Shown: in pieces, positions 1-10,024 of the stretch
How the letters are laid out: each line of letters starts with the position of its first letter
Position numbering within the stretch: the first letter of the stretch is position 1
Assembly (NCBI GenBank): GCA_001516055.1
Contig: LOEZ01000080.1
Location: 81,091 to 145,090 of the forward strand
Length of the DNA stretch: 64,000 nt
Direction: 5' to 3'
DNA from: Gracilibacter sp. BRH_c7a
GTDB taxonomy: Bacteria > Bacillota > Desulfitobacteriia > Desulfitobacteriales > Syntrophobotulaceae
The notes under the pieces: generated by a model
The model's database searches: none
What the model was told of the DNA's origin: nothing
What the model saw: only the letters and a program-made list of their open reading frames with translations
Position numbers and translations under genes: made by a program

Positions 1-11
1 GCTTTAGCAGA

Positions 12-731
12 ATGAAATGTTTTAAGATAGAAAAATTAAGTGTGGAAACAAATAGAAATGTAATCCTCAGAGATATCAATCTTCATATTCATAATGGAGA
101 GATTACAGCTCTGGTAGGGCCTAATGGAGCTGGGAAAAGCACCTTTTTCAAAGCTCTTATAGGAGATATCCCATATAAGGGAAAATTTATTTATCATAAC
201 AGTCTGATGCCTCATAGGAAGCCAAAGATCGGCTATGTCCCTCAGAAAATGGAAATAGATTCATCTTCTCCAATCAGTGTACTTGATCTCCTTTCTGCAA
301 GTGTTACAAAAATTCCTGTTTGGGTTACTCATACTAAAAAAGTAAAGCTTTCTGTCTATAAGTTCCTTAGCATAGTAAAAGCTGAACACTTAGCAGAAAA
401 AAGGTTGGGAGATTTATCCGGAGGAGAATTACAGAGAGTCTTACTTGCCTTGGCTTTAAATCCGTTACCGGATCTTCTTTTATTAGATGAACCTTTTTCA
501 GCCGTAGATCAAACTAATTTAGAAGGATTCTATTCTCTTGTCGAGAACTTGGTTCGAGAATATGATTTCGCAGCTATTATAGTTTCCCATGATTTATTCT
601 TAGCAGCTAAATATGCTCGTACCATGATTTTTTTAAATCATTCTATTCAATCAGTTGGAACACCCGAGCAAGTATTCGCTGACGAGAAGTTTTGCCAGAC
701 TTTCCCCCAGGGTATAAGAGCGGAGGTATAG
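12..731 (+). CDS. ABC transporter ATP-binding protein, metal (Zn/Mn) uptake type
   Basis: 239-aa ORF with Walker A GPNGAGKST, ABC signature LSGGELQR and Walker B LLLLDEP. Its stop abuts the RBS/start of the following ABC-3 permease. Confidence 0.85.
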   Translation: MKCFKIEKLSVETNRNVILRDINLHIHNGEITALVGPNGAGKSTFFKALIGDIPYKGKFIYHNSLMPHRKPKIGYVPQKMEIDSSSPISVLDLLSASVTKIPVWVTHTKKVKLSVYKFLSIVKAEHLAEKRLGDLSGGELQRVLLALALNPLPDLLLLDEPFSAVDQTNLEGFYSLVENLVREYDFAAIIVSHDLFLAAKYARTMIFLNHSIQSVGTPEQVFADEKFCQTFPQGIRAEV

Positions 732-733
732 GT

Positions 734-1552
734 ATGGAATGGACCCAATATCTTTTTATGAGGAATGCATTCTTGGCAATTATTCTAGTCACCCCGATTT
801 TTGCTTTGCTAGGAACCATGGTGGTTAATAATAGGATGGCTTTTTTTTCGGATAGCTTGGGTCATTCGGCATTCACAGGTATCGCCCTGGGAGTAATCAT
901 GGGCTTAAGGGATCCGTTGATCTCCATGATTGCCTTTGCTGGTATTGTTTCTATTTCCTTCTGTATCATTAAGAAGCTCACTAGGTTTTCCCCAGATACT
1001 ATTATTGGAGTTTTCTCGGCTACATCTATAGCTTTAGGAGTTGTAATCCTTTCTCGCGGAGGTGGATTCAGCAAGTATTCAAGCTTTCTTATTGGAGATA
1101 TCCTAAGTATCACGAGCCTGGAAATAATAGCACTCAGTTTTGTACTCTTAGCAGTATTGGTATATTGGTTTTTGTTTTTTAATAACCTGTTTCTTGTAAG
1201 TGTCAACACTGTACTTGCCAAAAGCAGAGGAATTAAAGTCCTAATGACTGAAATAATATTTGTTCTTCTCATTGCTGTCATTGTTATGGTCTCCATTCAA
1301 TGGATAGGAATACTTGTTATAAATGCCCTCCTTATCCTTCCGGCAGCTGCAGCTCGTAATCTCGCAATGAATATGCAAACCTATAACCTTCTAGCAGTAA
1401 CCATAAGCTTATTGGCAGGTATAATAGGTCTTATACTTTCCTATTATTGGGGAACAGCGGCAGGAGCCACTATAGTATTGTGTAATGCAACATTCTTTCT
1501 AGCCTCCTTACTCCCCGAGTTAAGACCATTACTGAATACCACTAGAACATAA
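734..1552 (+). CDS. ABC-3 family metal transporter permease (ZnuB/MntB-like)
   Basis: ATG at 734 preceded by GGAGG (723-727). Highly hydrophobic multi-TM protein directly coupled to the ATPase. The track start at 692 overlaps the upstream gene and lacks an RBS. Confidence 0.8.
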   Translation: MEWTQYLFMRNAFLAIILVTPIFALLGTMVVNNRMAFFSDSLGHSAFTGIALGVIMGLRDPLISMIAFAGIVSISFCIIKKLTRFSPDTIIGVFSATSIALGVVILSRGGGFSKYSSFLIGDILSITSLEIIALSFVLLAVLVYWFLFFNNLFLVSVNTVLAKSRGIKVLMTEIIFVLLIAVIVMVSIQWIGILVINALLILPAAAARNLAMNMQTYNLLAVTISLLAGIIGLILSYYWGTAAGATIVLCNATFFLASLLPELRPLLNTTRT

Positions 1553-1581
1553 AAAGTCTTACAAGCATAGATAGCTGCCCT

Positions 1582-1608
1582 AAGCCCCCCGAATCAGGGG
1601 GCTTTTTA
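1582..1608 (+). terminator. Rho-independent terminator after the ABC permease
   Basis: AGCCCCC / GGGGGCT stem followed by TTTTT. Confidence 0.7.
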
Positions 1609-1765
1609 GTTTAGGCTGATATATCAATAATTTTTGCGCATTAACATGAATGGCGAGTGAATAAGTAATTAGATTTTTTTTCCAAATATGGACATGCTTG
1701 CTCTCTTTAAAGCGTACACATAGAATAGAAAAATCTGTCAAGTGGGTACCAAGTTTAGAGGAGAG

Positions 1766-2743
1766 ATGAGAATGATAATAAAGAAATCTCAGTGGAGTAA
1801 ATGGCTTATCGTTTTTTTTCTAATGAGTTTTTTCACTTTGTTTCAAATGCCCATCAGTAAATACGCTTTGGGGGTAGCAGAAAAGAATACAAGTACAAGT
1901 ATAGATCAACAGATAACAGAGATTGTGAATGAAGTCGAGGGTGAGAACTTAAATAGTCAAAATGACAAAGAAGCCGAACTAGAAATTAACCATCATGATG
2001 AAGAAATAAATGTAGATTCAAATGAGGAAGGTAATGACGAAAGCAGCGATGGAACTAATCTTGAGGACATCGAGGAAAGCGTCATAGAAAGCGATGGAGA
2101 AGATAGCGATGAAGAAGATGGAACTGAAGAAGATAGCATTAATAAAAAGAAACCTGTCTATCTAACCATAGATGATGGCCCCAGTATAGTCTCCGATCAA
2201 ATATTGGATATTCTGGCAAGCTATGAGATTCAAGCCACATTTTTTGTCTTAGAACCGCGGGTCAGATATTATTCCGATATGGTAAACCGCATGAACATAG
2301 AAGGCCATAAATTAGGGGTTCATGGAGTTACCCATGATGTCAAGAGATTTTATGCCTCGCCGGAATCAGCTGTTAATGAATTTAACAGTACAAGATATAG
2401 TCTTAGAGAATTAACTGGCGAAGAACACTATTTAGCGAGAACACCTTATGGAAGTTGTCCTTATTTGAGCGAAGAACAAGAAAAAACAATTTTGCAGGAA
2501 GGTTATAAGATATGGGATTGGAATGTAGACAGTAGAGACTGGTATTTTAGAAATGAAAGGTATGTCCAGTTCACCATATCGCAGTTAGAGAGGCTACACC
2601 AAAACGGTACCATTCCAGTCATTCTTATCCACGAATTGGGTACGACAGCCAGGCATCTTCCCTTATTAATTGATTATCTCCTTGCTAATGATTATGAATT
2701 TATACCACTAGATTTAGAAGGTAATCCTGTAAGACTTCGGTAG
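1766..2743 (+). CDS. Polysaccharide deacetylase (NodB homology domain), membrane-anchored with acidic linker
   Basis: NodB motifs VYLTIDDGPS and HGVTHD. N-terminal TM segment WLIVFFLMSFFTLF and a D/E-rich low-complexity linker. RBS GAGGAG lies upstream of ATG 1766/1772; the track start GTG 1742 is less likely. Confidence 0.8.
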   Translation: MRMIIKKSQWSKWLIVFFLMSFFTLFQMPISKYALGVAEKNTSTSIDQQITEIVNEVEGENLNSQNDKEAELEINHHDEEINVDSNEEGNDESSDGTNLEDIEESVIESDGEDSDEEDGTEEDSINKKKPVYLTIDDGPSIVSDQILDILASYEIQATFFVLEPRVRYYSDMVNRMNIEGHKLGVHGVTHDVKRFYASPESAVNEFNSTRYSLRELTGEEHYLARTPYGSCPYLSEEQEKTILQEGYKIWDWNVDSRDWYFRNERYVQFTISQLERLHQNGTIPVILIHELGTTARHLPLLIDYLLANDYEFIPLDLEGNPVRLR

Positions 2744-2870
2744 ATATCTTATTACAACATAAAAAAAGTTCCTTCCTTGGATGACCGAAAACTGCAATAG
2801 ATTATGGAAAACATTACCGGAATTTATTGCATATATTGGGGTATGGATAAAAGTCTGGAGGAGTCAAGAT

Positions 2871-3572
2871 ATGTGTATTAATAAGCACTACTCTCAATCA
2901 AACAACCACAGCAACAAATTTCTATTAAAGCCGAATGGTCCGCTTAATCCCTTTACCGTCAATAATAAAAACTATTATGAGTACACTAGCAAGGGGACAG
3001 CATTAGATAAGAATACGAATGCATGGCCAGCAGCCTCAGTAGTAGGCTCATCTTGTCTCAGTCCTGGTTCTAATCCTTATGGATTCCAGAACAATGATCC
3101 TAACCTGCTCTTACTCACACCCGCAATATTTGGAGGGTTTGGAGCATTTATTGTTGGTTTCGGTTATTATGGACATAGTTTAACCGGAGGGTATTCCAAG
3201 TTCATATTATTTGTTAATATTTATGCCATTATTGCGACATTTGGAACAGGTTATTATATTTATGAACTTGTCCAGAAGAGAACAGGGGATGCTAGATTCT
3301 CAGATATCATTCTTCCTATTCTTGTAATCATATTATTCTATGCAGCTATATATAATCTTATTTACTCTTTGTACCCTAGTACTTTTAAGGGAACAATAGG
3401 CGATACGAAGATAACCCAATTTCTATCCTTTCTAGCAAGGAGCGTAGGAACTATTTCTATCGGGGAATCATTTAGTATTTCGGTAGAAACTTCGGGAGTC
3501 CAAGTCTTAACATCTGCAGAAGCATTGTTTAATTTCTTTGTGATAACTCTCCTGATATCTCTATTAGCCTAA
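2871..3572 (+). CDS. Hypothetical integral membrane protein
   Basis: ATG at 2871 with GGAGGAG RBS (2857-2863). N/S/P-rich N-terminal region followed by about 4 TM helices. No recognisable family. Confidence 0.55.
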   Translation: MCINKHYSQSNNHSNKFLLKPNGPLNPFTVNNKNYYEYTSKGTALDKNTNAWPAASVVGSSCLSPGSNPYGFQNNDPNLLLLTPAIFGGFGAFIVGFGYYGHSLTGGYSKFILFVNIYAIIATFGTGYYIYELVQKRTGDARFSDIILPILVIILFYAAIYNLIYSLYPSTFKGTIGDTKITQFLSFLARSVGTISIGESFSISVETSGVQVLTSAEALFNFFVITLLISLLA

Positions 3573-3618
3573 AGAGTTTCTTTATATCAGAAGCTTTCAT
3601 CAAAAGAGTAGAATCTTA

Positions 3619-3975
3619 TTATCTGGTGCGTCTTCGCCTTATAGGCAAGCATATTATCTGTCCAACTTGAAGGTTAGAGGGATCTACCCCTGCATTCATC
3701 TGGATAATGGCATTAAGCGTGATACCATATCTGCTAGCTAACTTAGAGAATGTATCACCTGCCTTAACTATATACCTATTGCCTGGAGAACAAGGAACTA
3801 TACTTCTTCTCACAGGGATACATATCGATTGTCCAATCTTAGGGTTATCAGGATTAACTTCGGAGTTGACGGCAGTAATCGCTTCAACAGTTGTATTATA
3901 CCTTTTGGCTAGGACAGCAAAATTGTCACCTGGTTTTATTTTATATGGGATTGTTCCTTGGGGGCATAGCGGCAT
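3619..3975 (-). CDS. LysM-domain peptidoglycan-binding protein (two LysM repeats)
   Basis: Two LysM repeats: YKIKPGDNFAVLAKRYNTTVEAITAVN...IGQSICIP and YIVKAGDTFSKLASRYGITLNAIIQMN...VGQIICLP. Confidence 0.8.
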   Translation of the reverse strand: MPLCPQGTIPYKIKPGDNFAVLAKRYNTTVEAITAVNSEVNPDNPKIGQSICIPVRRSIVPCSPGNRYIVKAGDTFSKLASRYGITLNAIIQMNAGVDPSNLQVGQIICLPIRRRRTR

Positions 3976-4187
3976 TTAGCTCACTCCTGTGTAATTATTT
4001 GTTGTTACTTATTCTATGTTGCGCTACTTGTCCGTCTTACCAAAAGAGCATTCCAAAAATATCTTCTTCTTAAGTCAAAGACAGAGCGAATACCCTATGA
4101 TTCGACTAATTTTTATCTCCTTTTATCAGAGGGACATTTCTAAGATATAAGAGGATAATTTGTAAAAATAAGTAGATAAATATAGAT

Positions 4188-4236
4188 AGTTTGATTGTTA
4201 AAATGTTTGACAACCAAATTATAGATGAGTTAATAT
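4188..4236 (+). promoter_or_regulatory. fab operon promoter (TTGACA-18-TAATAT) overlapped by two FabT-like operator palindromes
   Basis: AGTTTGATTGTTAAAAT (4188-4204) and TGTTTGACAACCAAATT (4204-4220) match the streptococcal FabT consensus ANTTTGATTATCAAATT at about 14/17 and 13/17. The -35 TTGACA is at 4207-4212 and the -10 TAATAT at 4231-4236. Confidence 0.55.
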
Positions 4237-4266
4237 TTGGATAGGTGTCTGAAAGGAGAGTAGAAG

Positions 4267-4734
4267 ATGGAGAAATCAGTCAGCTCTGTTTTAAATGAGC
4301 TGCTTGTTAAAACTTTTAACGATATCCTGGCAGTTGAAGAATATGAGCTGAGAAAAGGACCATTAAACAACCTATCTCTTTCAGAAATACATACTATTGA
4401 AGCTATAGGCATGTATCAGACAAGAACTATGTCCCAGGTGGCGACCAATTTAAGTATTACGATGGGTGCTCTAACCTCGGCAGTGAACAATCTTGTAAAG
4501 AAGGGTTATGTAAATAGAGAAAGAGATGATAGAGATAGAAGGGTTGTCAAGATAGCCCTTACAAGAAGTGGGAAATTAGCTTATAGGATACATGAAAAAT
4601 TTCATCATGATATGGTGAAACAAACAATTAAAGGATTAACGGAGAAGGAGAATATTCTCATCGAATCCTTAAGAAAGCTTAATGATTTCCTAGTATCAAA
4701 ATATACTTTAAAGAAATGTGGAAAAGGGAATTGA
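4267..4734 (+). CDS. fabT: MarR-family transcriptional regulator, FabT-like (fatty-acid synthesis repressor)
   Basis: 155-aa winged-helix MarR-like protein (LSLSEIHTIEAIG...MGALTSAVNNLVKKGYV). It is the first gene of the fab operon, the position FabT occupies in streptococci and clostridia. Confidence 0.7.
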   Translation: MEKSVSSVLNELLVKTFNDILAVEEYELRKGPLNNLSLSEIHTIEAIGMYQTRTMSQVATNLSITMGALTSAVNNLVKKGYVNRERDDRDRRVVKIALTRSGKLAYRIHEKFHHDMVKQTIKGLTEKENILIESLRKLNDFLVSKYTLKKCGKGN

Positions 4735-4735
4735 T

Positions 4736-5713
4736 ATGTACAATGTTGAAATTGTCGGTACAGGAAGCTATGTTCCTCTATACAAAGTAAGTAACGAGGA
4801 TATCTCCAAATTCGTTGAAACAAGTGATCAATGGATTAGTGAAAGAACAGGAATTAAAGAACGCAGAATCTGCACTACAGAAGATACAACGGACCTTGCG
4901 GCAAGAGCCGCTCTCGAAGCTTTAAAAGATGCAGAGATTTCTCCCGAAGAAGTGGATCTGATAATTGTAGCTACTGCCACTCCAGATTATTTCTTTCCAT
5001 CTACAGCTTGTCTCGTGCAGGAAAGAATTGGAGCCTGTAAGGCAACCGGTTTTGATATTAGTGCTGCCTGCACTGGTTTTATCTATGGGTTAACCATAGC
5101 CAGACAATTTATTAGAACGGGGATGTATAAAACAGCTCTAGTAATAGGGTCTGAGGTACTCTCCAAAATAACAGACTGGGAGGACCGTAACACTTGTGTT
5201 CTCTTTGCTGATGGCGCAGGGGCAGCGGTTCTTAGAAGAGGGGAAGAGGGTTTAGTCTCAGAGATGATTGGTTCGGATGGTAATGGAGCTGAAAACCTTC
5301 AATGTCCTGCAGTTCCTTTAAATAATAAGTTCACAGAAACCAAAAAACTCTCAGCCAGTTATATCAGTATGAATGGCCGTGAAATCTATAAGTTCGCAGT
5401 CAAAGTTATACCAGATTGTATTCATAAAGTCCTGGAGGACACAGGATATACCTTAGACGATATTAAAATAATTATTCCTCACCAAGCTAATGTGAGAATC
5501 GTGGATGCGGCCGCTAAAAAGCTTGGAATAGATAAGGATAGATTCTTTGTCAATCTTCATAGATATGGGAATACATCAGGGGCTAGCATTCCTATAGCTC
5601 TAGATGAAATGTCCAAACAGAAACTTCTTAAGAAAGATGATCTGATTATCTTGGTAGGTTTTGGAGCAGGCCTGACATATGGTGCCCAACTGATTAGATG
5701 GTCAAAGGTCTAA
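4736..5713 (+). CDS. fabH: 3-oxoacyl-ACP synthase III
   Basis: ATG 4736 one nt after the regulator stop. Active-site region DISAACTGF, then HQAN and GNTSGASIP motifs. Confidence 0.93.
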   Translation: MYNVEIVGTGSYVPLYKVSNEDISKFVETSDQWISERTGIKERRICTTEDTTDLAARAALEALKDAEISPEEVDLIIVATATPDYFFPSTACLVQERIGACKATGFDISAACTGFIYGLTIARQFIRTGMYKTALVIGSEVLSKITDWEDRNTCVLFADGAGAAVLRRGEEGLVSEMIGSDGNGAENLQCPAVPLNNKFTETKKLSASYISMNGREIYKFAVKVIPDCIHKVLEDTGYTLDDIKIIIPHQANVRIVDAAAKKLGIDKDRFFVNLHRYGNTSGASIPIALDEMSKQKLLKKDDLIILVGFGAGLTYGAQLIRWSKV

Positions 5714-5797
5714 ATATTTTTTTAAGCAATTGCACTTATCTGTTAATTTATAATAGTTTAATTCGACTAATGAGGATATAACAAAGATAAATATGAG

Positions 5798-6037
5798 GTG
5801 AAGTTAGTGTCTTTCGAAAATATCAAGCTTATTATAGCCAGGAAGCTAGGTGTTGATCTGGGAGAAATTAAGCTATCTTCTAAATTCAAGGAAGAGCTGG
5901 GAATTGACTCACTTGATATTTTTGAGATAGTTATGGAGGTAGAGGAACAATATTCCATAGAGATTCCGACTGAAGACCTAGAGGACATGAGAGTGGTAGC
6001 TGATCTTGTTAATTATCTTGAAGGCTTATCAGCCTAA
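5798..6037 (+). CDS. acpP: Acyl carrier protein
   Basis: 79 aa with the phosphopantetheine attachment motif LGIDSLD. An alternative GTG start at 5807 lies behind GAGGTG. Confidence 0.9.
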   Translation: MKLVSFENIKLIIARKLGVDLGEIKLSSKFKEELGIDSLDIFEIVMEVEEQYSIEIPTEDLEDMRVVADLVNYLEGLSA

Positions 6038-6067
6038 TAAAATAATATTTGCCAAAGGAGAGAAGGT

Positions 6068-7021
6068 ATGAATAATTTTAGTTTTTTCCATGAATTAGGA
6101 ATGAAGTACCCTATTATTCAAGGGGGTATGGCTTGGGTATCTGATAGCTCCCTGGCGGCCGCTGTATCTAACGCAGGTGGACTTGGAATAATAGCGGCTG
6201 CCAATACTCCTACACATATCGTTAAGGAAGAGATTCGAAAAGCTAAACAGCTTACAGATAAGACTTTTGGAGTTAATATAATGCTTCTGAGTGAGAACGC
6301 TGAGGAGATTGCCAAACTTGTCTGTGAAGAACAGATTAAGGTTATTACCACAGGAGCCGGAAGCCCCGGCAAGTATCTTAAAATGTGGAAAGAGCATGGA
6401 ATTACTGTTATTCCAGTCGTTCCTTCAGTCGCTTTGGCTAAAAGGATGGCTAAAGAAGGTGCTGATGCTGTCATAGCAGAAGGCGGGGAATCAGGAGGTC
6501 ACATAGGCGAGATAACCACCATGGCTTTACTTCCTCAAGTTATCGATGCAGTAGACATCCCTGTAATTGCTGCCGGAGGAATAGGTGACGGTCGAGGAAT
6601 CGCTGCAGCCTTTATGCTGGGAGCTAGTGGAGTTCAGGTTGGCACAAGGTTCCTTGTCTCCAAGGAATGTACCATCCATCAAAATTACAAAGACAGGGTT
6701 ATTAAAGCGAGAGATATAGATACAGTGGTTACCGGCAGACCAACAGGACATCCTGTCAGAGTCTTGAGAAATAAACTTACCAGACAATATGATGAACTAG
6801 AAAAAGCTGGAGCTTCTCTCGAACAGTTGGAAGCACTGGGTTCGGGGGCATTACGCAAAGCGGCCAGAGAAGGCGATATAGATAATGGTTCTGTCATGGC
6901 TGGTCAAATTGCCGGACTTATAAAGAAAGAACAGACCTGCCTAGAAATCATTGAAGAGATGTTCGATCAAGCCCAGGAGAGAATGACTGCACTGAAATCA
7001 ATCGGTATTATTAAAGATTAA
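6068..7021 (+). CDS. fabK: Enoyl-ACP reductase II (FMN-dependent, NMO family)
   Basis: NMO/2-nitropropane-dioxygenase-like sequence (PIIQGGMAWVS, GGESGGH, AAGGIGDGRG) in the fab operon position. No fabI is present in the cluster. Confidence 0.88.
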   Translation: MNNFSFFHELGMKYPIIQGGMAWVSDSSLAAAVSNAGGLGIIAAANTPTHIVKEEIRKAKQLTDKTFGVNIMLLSENAEEIAKLVCEEQIKVITTGAGSPGKYLKMWKEHGITVIPVVPSVALAKRMAKEGADAVIAEGGESGGHIGEITTMALLPQVIDAVDIPVIAAGGIGDGRGIAAAFMLGASGVQVGTRFLVSKECTIHQNYKDRVIKARDIDTVVTGRPTGHPVRVLRNKLTRQYDELEKAGASLEQLEALGSGALRKAAREGDIDNGSVMAGQIAGLIKKEQTCLEIIEEMFDQAQERMTALKSIGIIKD

Positions 7022-7078
7022 CAGCAAGAATAAAGGTCAAAATATTTTATTGTAACTGATAATTGGAGGATAACATAG

Positions 7079-8011
7079 ATGGGCAAGACTGCTTTTCTAT
7101 TCTCTGGTCAAGGTTCCCAGTATGTAGGTATGGGCAGGGAACTTCTAGAGAATAACGAAATTGTTTGTAGTATTTTTAACATAGCTGACCGAGAACTGGG
7201 ATTTTCTTTAAGCGAACTGTGCTTCCATGGACCCAAGGAGGAGCTAGACAAGACAGAGAATACCCAACCGGCTGTTCTTACCGTAAGTGTTGCAGCTTAT
7301 AAGGCATTGGAAGAGCAGGGAATACAACCAGATTTGGCTGCCGGCTTAAGTCTGGGAGAATACTCTGCCCTAGTCTGCAGCGGTGCTTTGGATTTCGCAG
7401 AGGCAGTTAAGCTGGTTCGTCAGAGAGGAAGATACATGCAAGAGGCCGTTCCTCAAGGTGAGGGAGGCATGGCGGCTATCCTTGGACTGGAAACTGATAA
7501 GGTTGAAGAAGCGTGTCGCTTAGCAAGTGTTGCAGGAGTGGTTCAAGTAGCTAACTACAACTGTCCAGGCCAGATCGTAATCTCCGGTCAGAGCAAGGCT
7601 CTTAGGTTGGCATCTGCCAAAGCAGGAGAGCTGGGAGCTAAAAGAGTAATCCCCTTGGATGTAAGCGGTCCTTTTCATACCGGATTACTCCAACCTGCTT
7701 CAGAAAAACTAAGTCTTGAGTTAAATAAAGTAAAGATAGATAGTTTACGAATACCTGTGATATCAAATGTCACAGCAGACTATATCCAAGATGGACAAAT
7801 CCTAGACCTTCTACCTCGACAGGTTATGAATCCTGTCCTCTGGGAGATGACCATTAGGAAAATGCTCCAGGAAGGTGTAGACACTTTTGTGGAAATTGGT
7901 CCGGGAAGTGCCTTGCGAGGATTTGTTAAGAAGATAGATAGAAAGACTACGCTCCTTAATGTCGAGGATATGACATCACTTCAAGCAGTAGTCGAGCATT
8001 TTAAAAGTTAA
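7079..8011 (+). CDS. fabD: Malonyl-CoA:ACP transacylase
   Basis: FLFSGQGSQYVGMG N-terminus and active-site GLSLGEYSAL. Confidence 0.93.
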   Translation: MGKTAFLFSGQGSQYVGMGRELLENNEIVCSIFNIADRELGFSLSELCFHGPKEELDKTENTQPAVLTVSVAAYKALEEQGIQPDLAAGLSLGEYSALVCSGALDFAEAVKLVRQRGRYMQEAVPQGEGGMAAILGLETDKVEEACRLASVAGVVQVANYNCPGQIVISGQSKALRLASAKAGELGAKRVIPLDVSGPFHTGLLQPASEKLSLELNKVKIDSLRIPVISNVTADYIQDGQILDLLPRQVMNPVLWEMTIRKMLQEGVDTFVEIGPGSALRGFVKKIDRKTTLLNVEDMTSLQAVVEHFKS

Positions 8012-8027
8012 AACTAGGAGGTTCACA

Positions 8028-8768
8028 ATGCTAAAGGGAAAAACGGCTGTTGTAACCGGAGCAAGCAGAGGTATTGGCAAAGCTATAGCTGTTAAACTTG
8101 CAGAACAAGGTGCCAACATCGTCGTCAACTACATTAACAATAAGGATGAAGCTGATAAGCTGGTCAAAGAATTTGAAACTCTTGGAACCAAGGCCTTAGC
8201 AATTCAGGCTGATATCAGTGATTTCAGTCAAGCTAAGAATCTGATTAACCGAACCAAGGAAGAACTGGGAGCAGTCGATATTCTGGTTAATAATGCAGGC
8301 ATCACGCGGGACGGTTTGGTTATGAGGATGACCGAAGAAGACTTTGACCGCGTTATCGAAGTAAACCTCAAAGGGGTTTTCAACTGTATTAGACACACAG
8401 TACCCCTCATGGTTAAACAGCGAAGCGGTCGGATAATCAACATCACTTCGGTTGCAGGTCTCTTGGGCAATCCAGGACAGGCCAACTATTCAGCAGCGAA
8501 AGCAGGAATAATCGGAATGACTAAAACGTTGGCGAAGGAAATCGGCAGTAGAGGTATAACTGTAAATGCCATCGCCCCAGGTTTCATTGAGACTGATATG
8601 ACCGCTGAGTTAGCAGATAAACTTAAAGAAACTATTAAAGATAGCACCGCTTTGGGAAAACTTGGAAAACCAGAAAATATCGCTGATGCTGTTGCTTTCT
8701 TAGCTGGAAGCACAGGAGAATATATTACCGGCCAAGTCTTAAGCGTAGACGGTGGAATGGCTTTTTAG
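8028..8768 (+). CDS. fabG: 3-oxoacyl-ACP reductase
   Basis: SDR with TGASRGIGKAIA cofactor motif, NNAG, and YSAAK catalytic motif. Confidence 0.93.
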   Translation: MLKGKTAVVTGASRGIGKAIAVKLAEQGANIVVNYINNKDEADKLVKEFETLGTKALAIQADISDFSQAKNLINRTKEELGAVDILVNNAGITRDGLVMRMTEEDFDRVIEVNLKGVFNCIRHTVPLMVKQRSGRIINITSVAGLLGNPGQANYSAAKAGIIGMTKTLAKEIGSRGITVNAIAPGFIETDMTAELADKLKETIKDSTALGKLGKPENIADAVAFLAGSTGEYITGQVLSVDGGMAF

Positions 8769-8778
8769 GAGGGTTAAT

Positions 8779-10020
8779 ATGAAAAACAGAGTGGTTGTAA
8801 CCGGAATGGGGGCTGTCACTCCAATCGGAAATAACACAGCCGATTTTTGGCAGGGCATCAAGGAAGGTAAATGTGGGATCGATACCATAACAGCTTTTGA
8901 TATCACCGACTTCAAGTCAACTCTGGCAGCTGAGGTCAAAGGATTTAAGCCTGAAGACTACATGGATAAGAAGGAAGCTAAACGGATGGACCGATATAGT
9001 CAATTTGGTATCGCAGCAGCTGAAGAAGCTTATAAGGATGCTGGGTTGGAAACCGCTGCGTTCGATAGGGATCGGTTCGGAGTCATAGTGGGCTCAGGGA
9101 TTGGCGGCCTTTTAACCATCGAAGACCAGCATAGCAGATTGCTTGAAAAAGGACCGGGAAGAGTATCACCGTTTTTTATCCCTATGGCCATCAGTAACAT
9201 GGCTGCAGGTAATATCGCCATCAAATTAAATGCCCGAGGATTCTGTACAAGTATAGTTACCGCTTGTGCTACCGCGACTCATGCTATCGGTGAATCCTTC
9301 CAGAAGATTAGAAGTGGTGAAGCAGACATTATAATTACTGGAGGAGCAGAGGCCCCGATAACTCCACTAGCTGTAGCGGGGTTCACCTCCATGACAGCCT
9401 TAAGCTCTAGCTCTAATCCTGCAAGGGCATCCATTCCTTTTGATAAAGAAAGAGATGGATTTGTCATGGGAGAAGGAGCAGGGATTATTGTTCTGGAATC
9501 CTTAGAACATGCTCTTAAGCGTAATGCCAAGATATATGCCGAGGTGGTGGGTTACGGAGCTACCTGTGATGCCTATCATATGACTGCTCCTGCTCCGAGT
9601 GGGGAAGGTGGAGCCAGAGCTATGCAAATGGCCCTTGATGATGCCGGGATCTCGCCGGATCAAGCTCCATATGTCAATGCCCATGGAACCAGCACCCCTT
9701 ATAATGATAAATATGAGACAGAAGCCATTAAGACAGTATTCGGGGATATGGCCTATAAGATTCCTGTCAGTTCTACCAAATCTATGACCGGCCATCTTCT
9801 TGGGGCAGCGGGAGGAGTCGAAACAATAATCTGTGTTAAGGCAGTAGAAGAAGACTTTGTACCTCCCACCATCGGTTATCGTGTTCCTGACGAGGAATGC
9901 GATCTTGATTATATACCGAATACAGGTCGTACTCATCCGTTAAACTATGCAATGTCTAACTCCTTGGGTTTTGGCGGACATAATGCTACAATACTAGTAA
10001 AAAAATGGTCAGAGGGATAA
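8779..10020 (+). CDS. fabF: 3-oxoacyl-ACP synthase II
   Basis: ATG 8779 after AGGAGG. MKNRVVVTGMGAVTP start, active-site ACATATHAIG, HGTSTP and GHLLGAAG motifs. Confidence 0.93.
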   Translation: MKNRVVVTGMGAVTPIGNNTADFWQGIKEGKCGIDTITAFDITDFKSTLAAEVKGFKPEDYMDKKEAKRMDRYSQFGIAAAEEAYKDAGLETAAFDRDRFGVIVGSGIGGLLTIEDQHSRLLEKGPGRVSPFFIPMAISNMAAGNIAIKLNARGFCTSIVTACATATHAIGESFQKIRSGEADIIITGGAEAPITPLAVAGFTSMTALSSSSNPARASIPFDKERDGFVMGEGAGIIVLESLEHALKRNAKIYAEVVGYGATCDAYHMTAPAPSGEGGARAMQMALDDAGISPDQAPYVNAHGTSTPYNDKYETEAIKTVFGDMAYKIPVSSTKSMTGHLLGAAGGVETIICVKAVEEDFVPPTIGYRVPDEECDLDYIPNTGRTHPLNYAMSNSLGFGGHNATILVKKWSEG

Positions 10021-10024
10021 ATGT

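Noticed and set aside
862-1296. Antisense ORFs inside strongly supported genes. Examples: 862-1296, 6118-6474, 9502-9936, 18572-18973, 57111-57551 and 62084-62341.
   Set aside because: Each lies opposite a gene with clear family motifs. They lack an RBS and have no recognisable motifs of their own, so they look like shadow ORFs.
5755-5772. Possible third FabT site (AGTTTAATTCGACTAAT) upstream of acpP
   Set aside because: It matches the FabT palindrome at only about 10/17 positions and the right half-site is lost. That is too weak to call.
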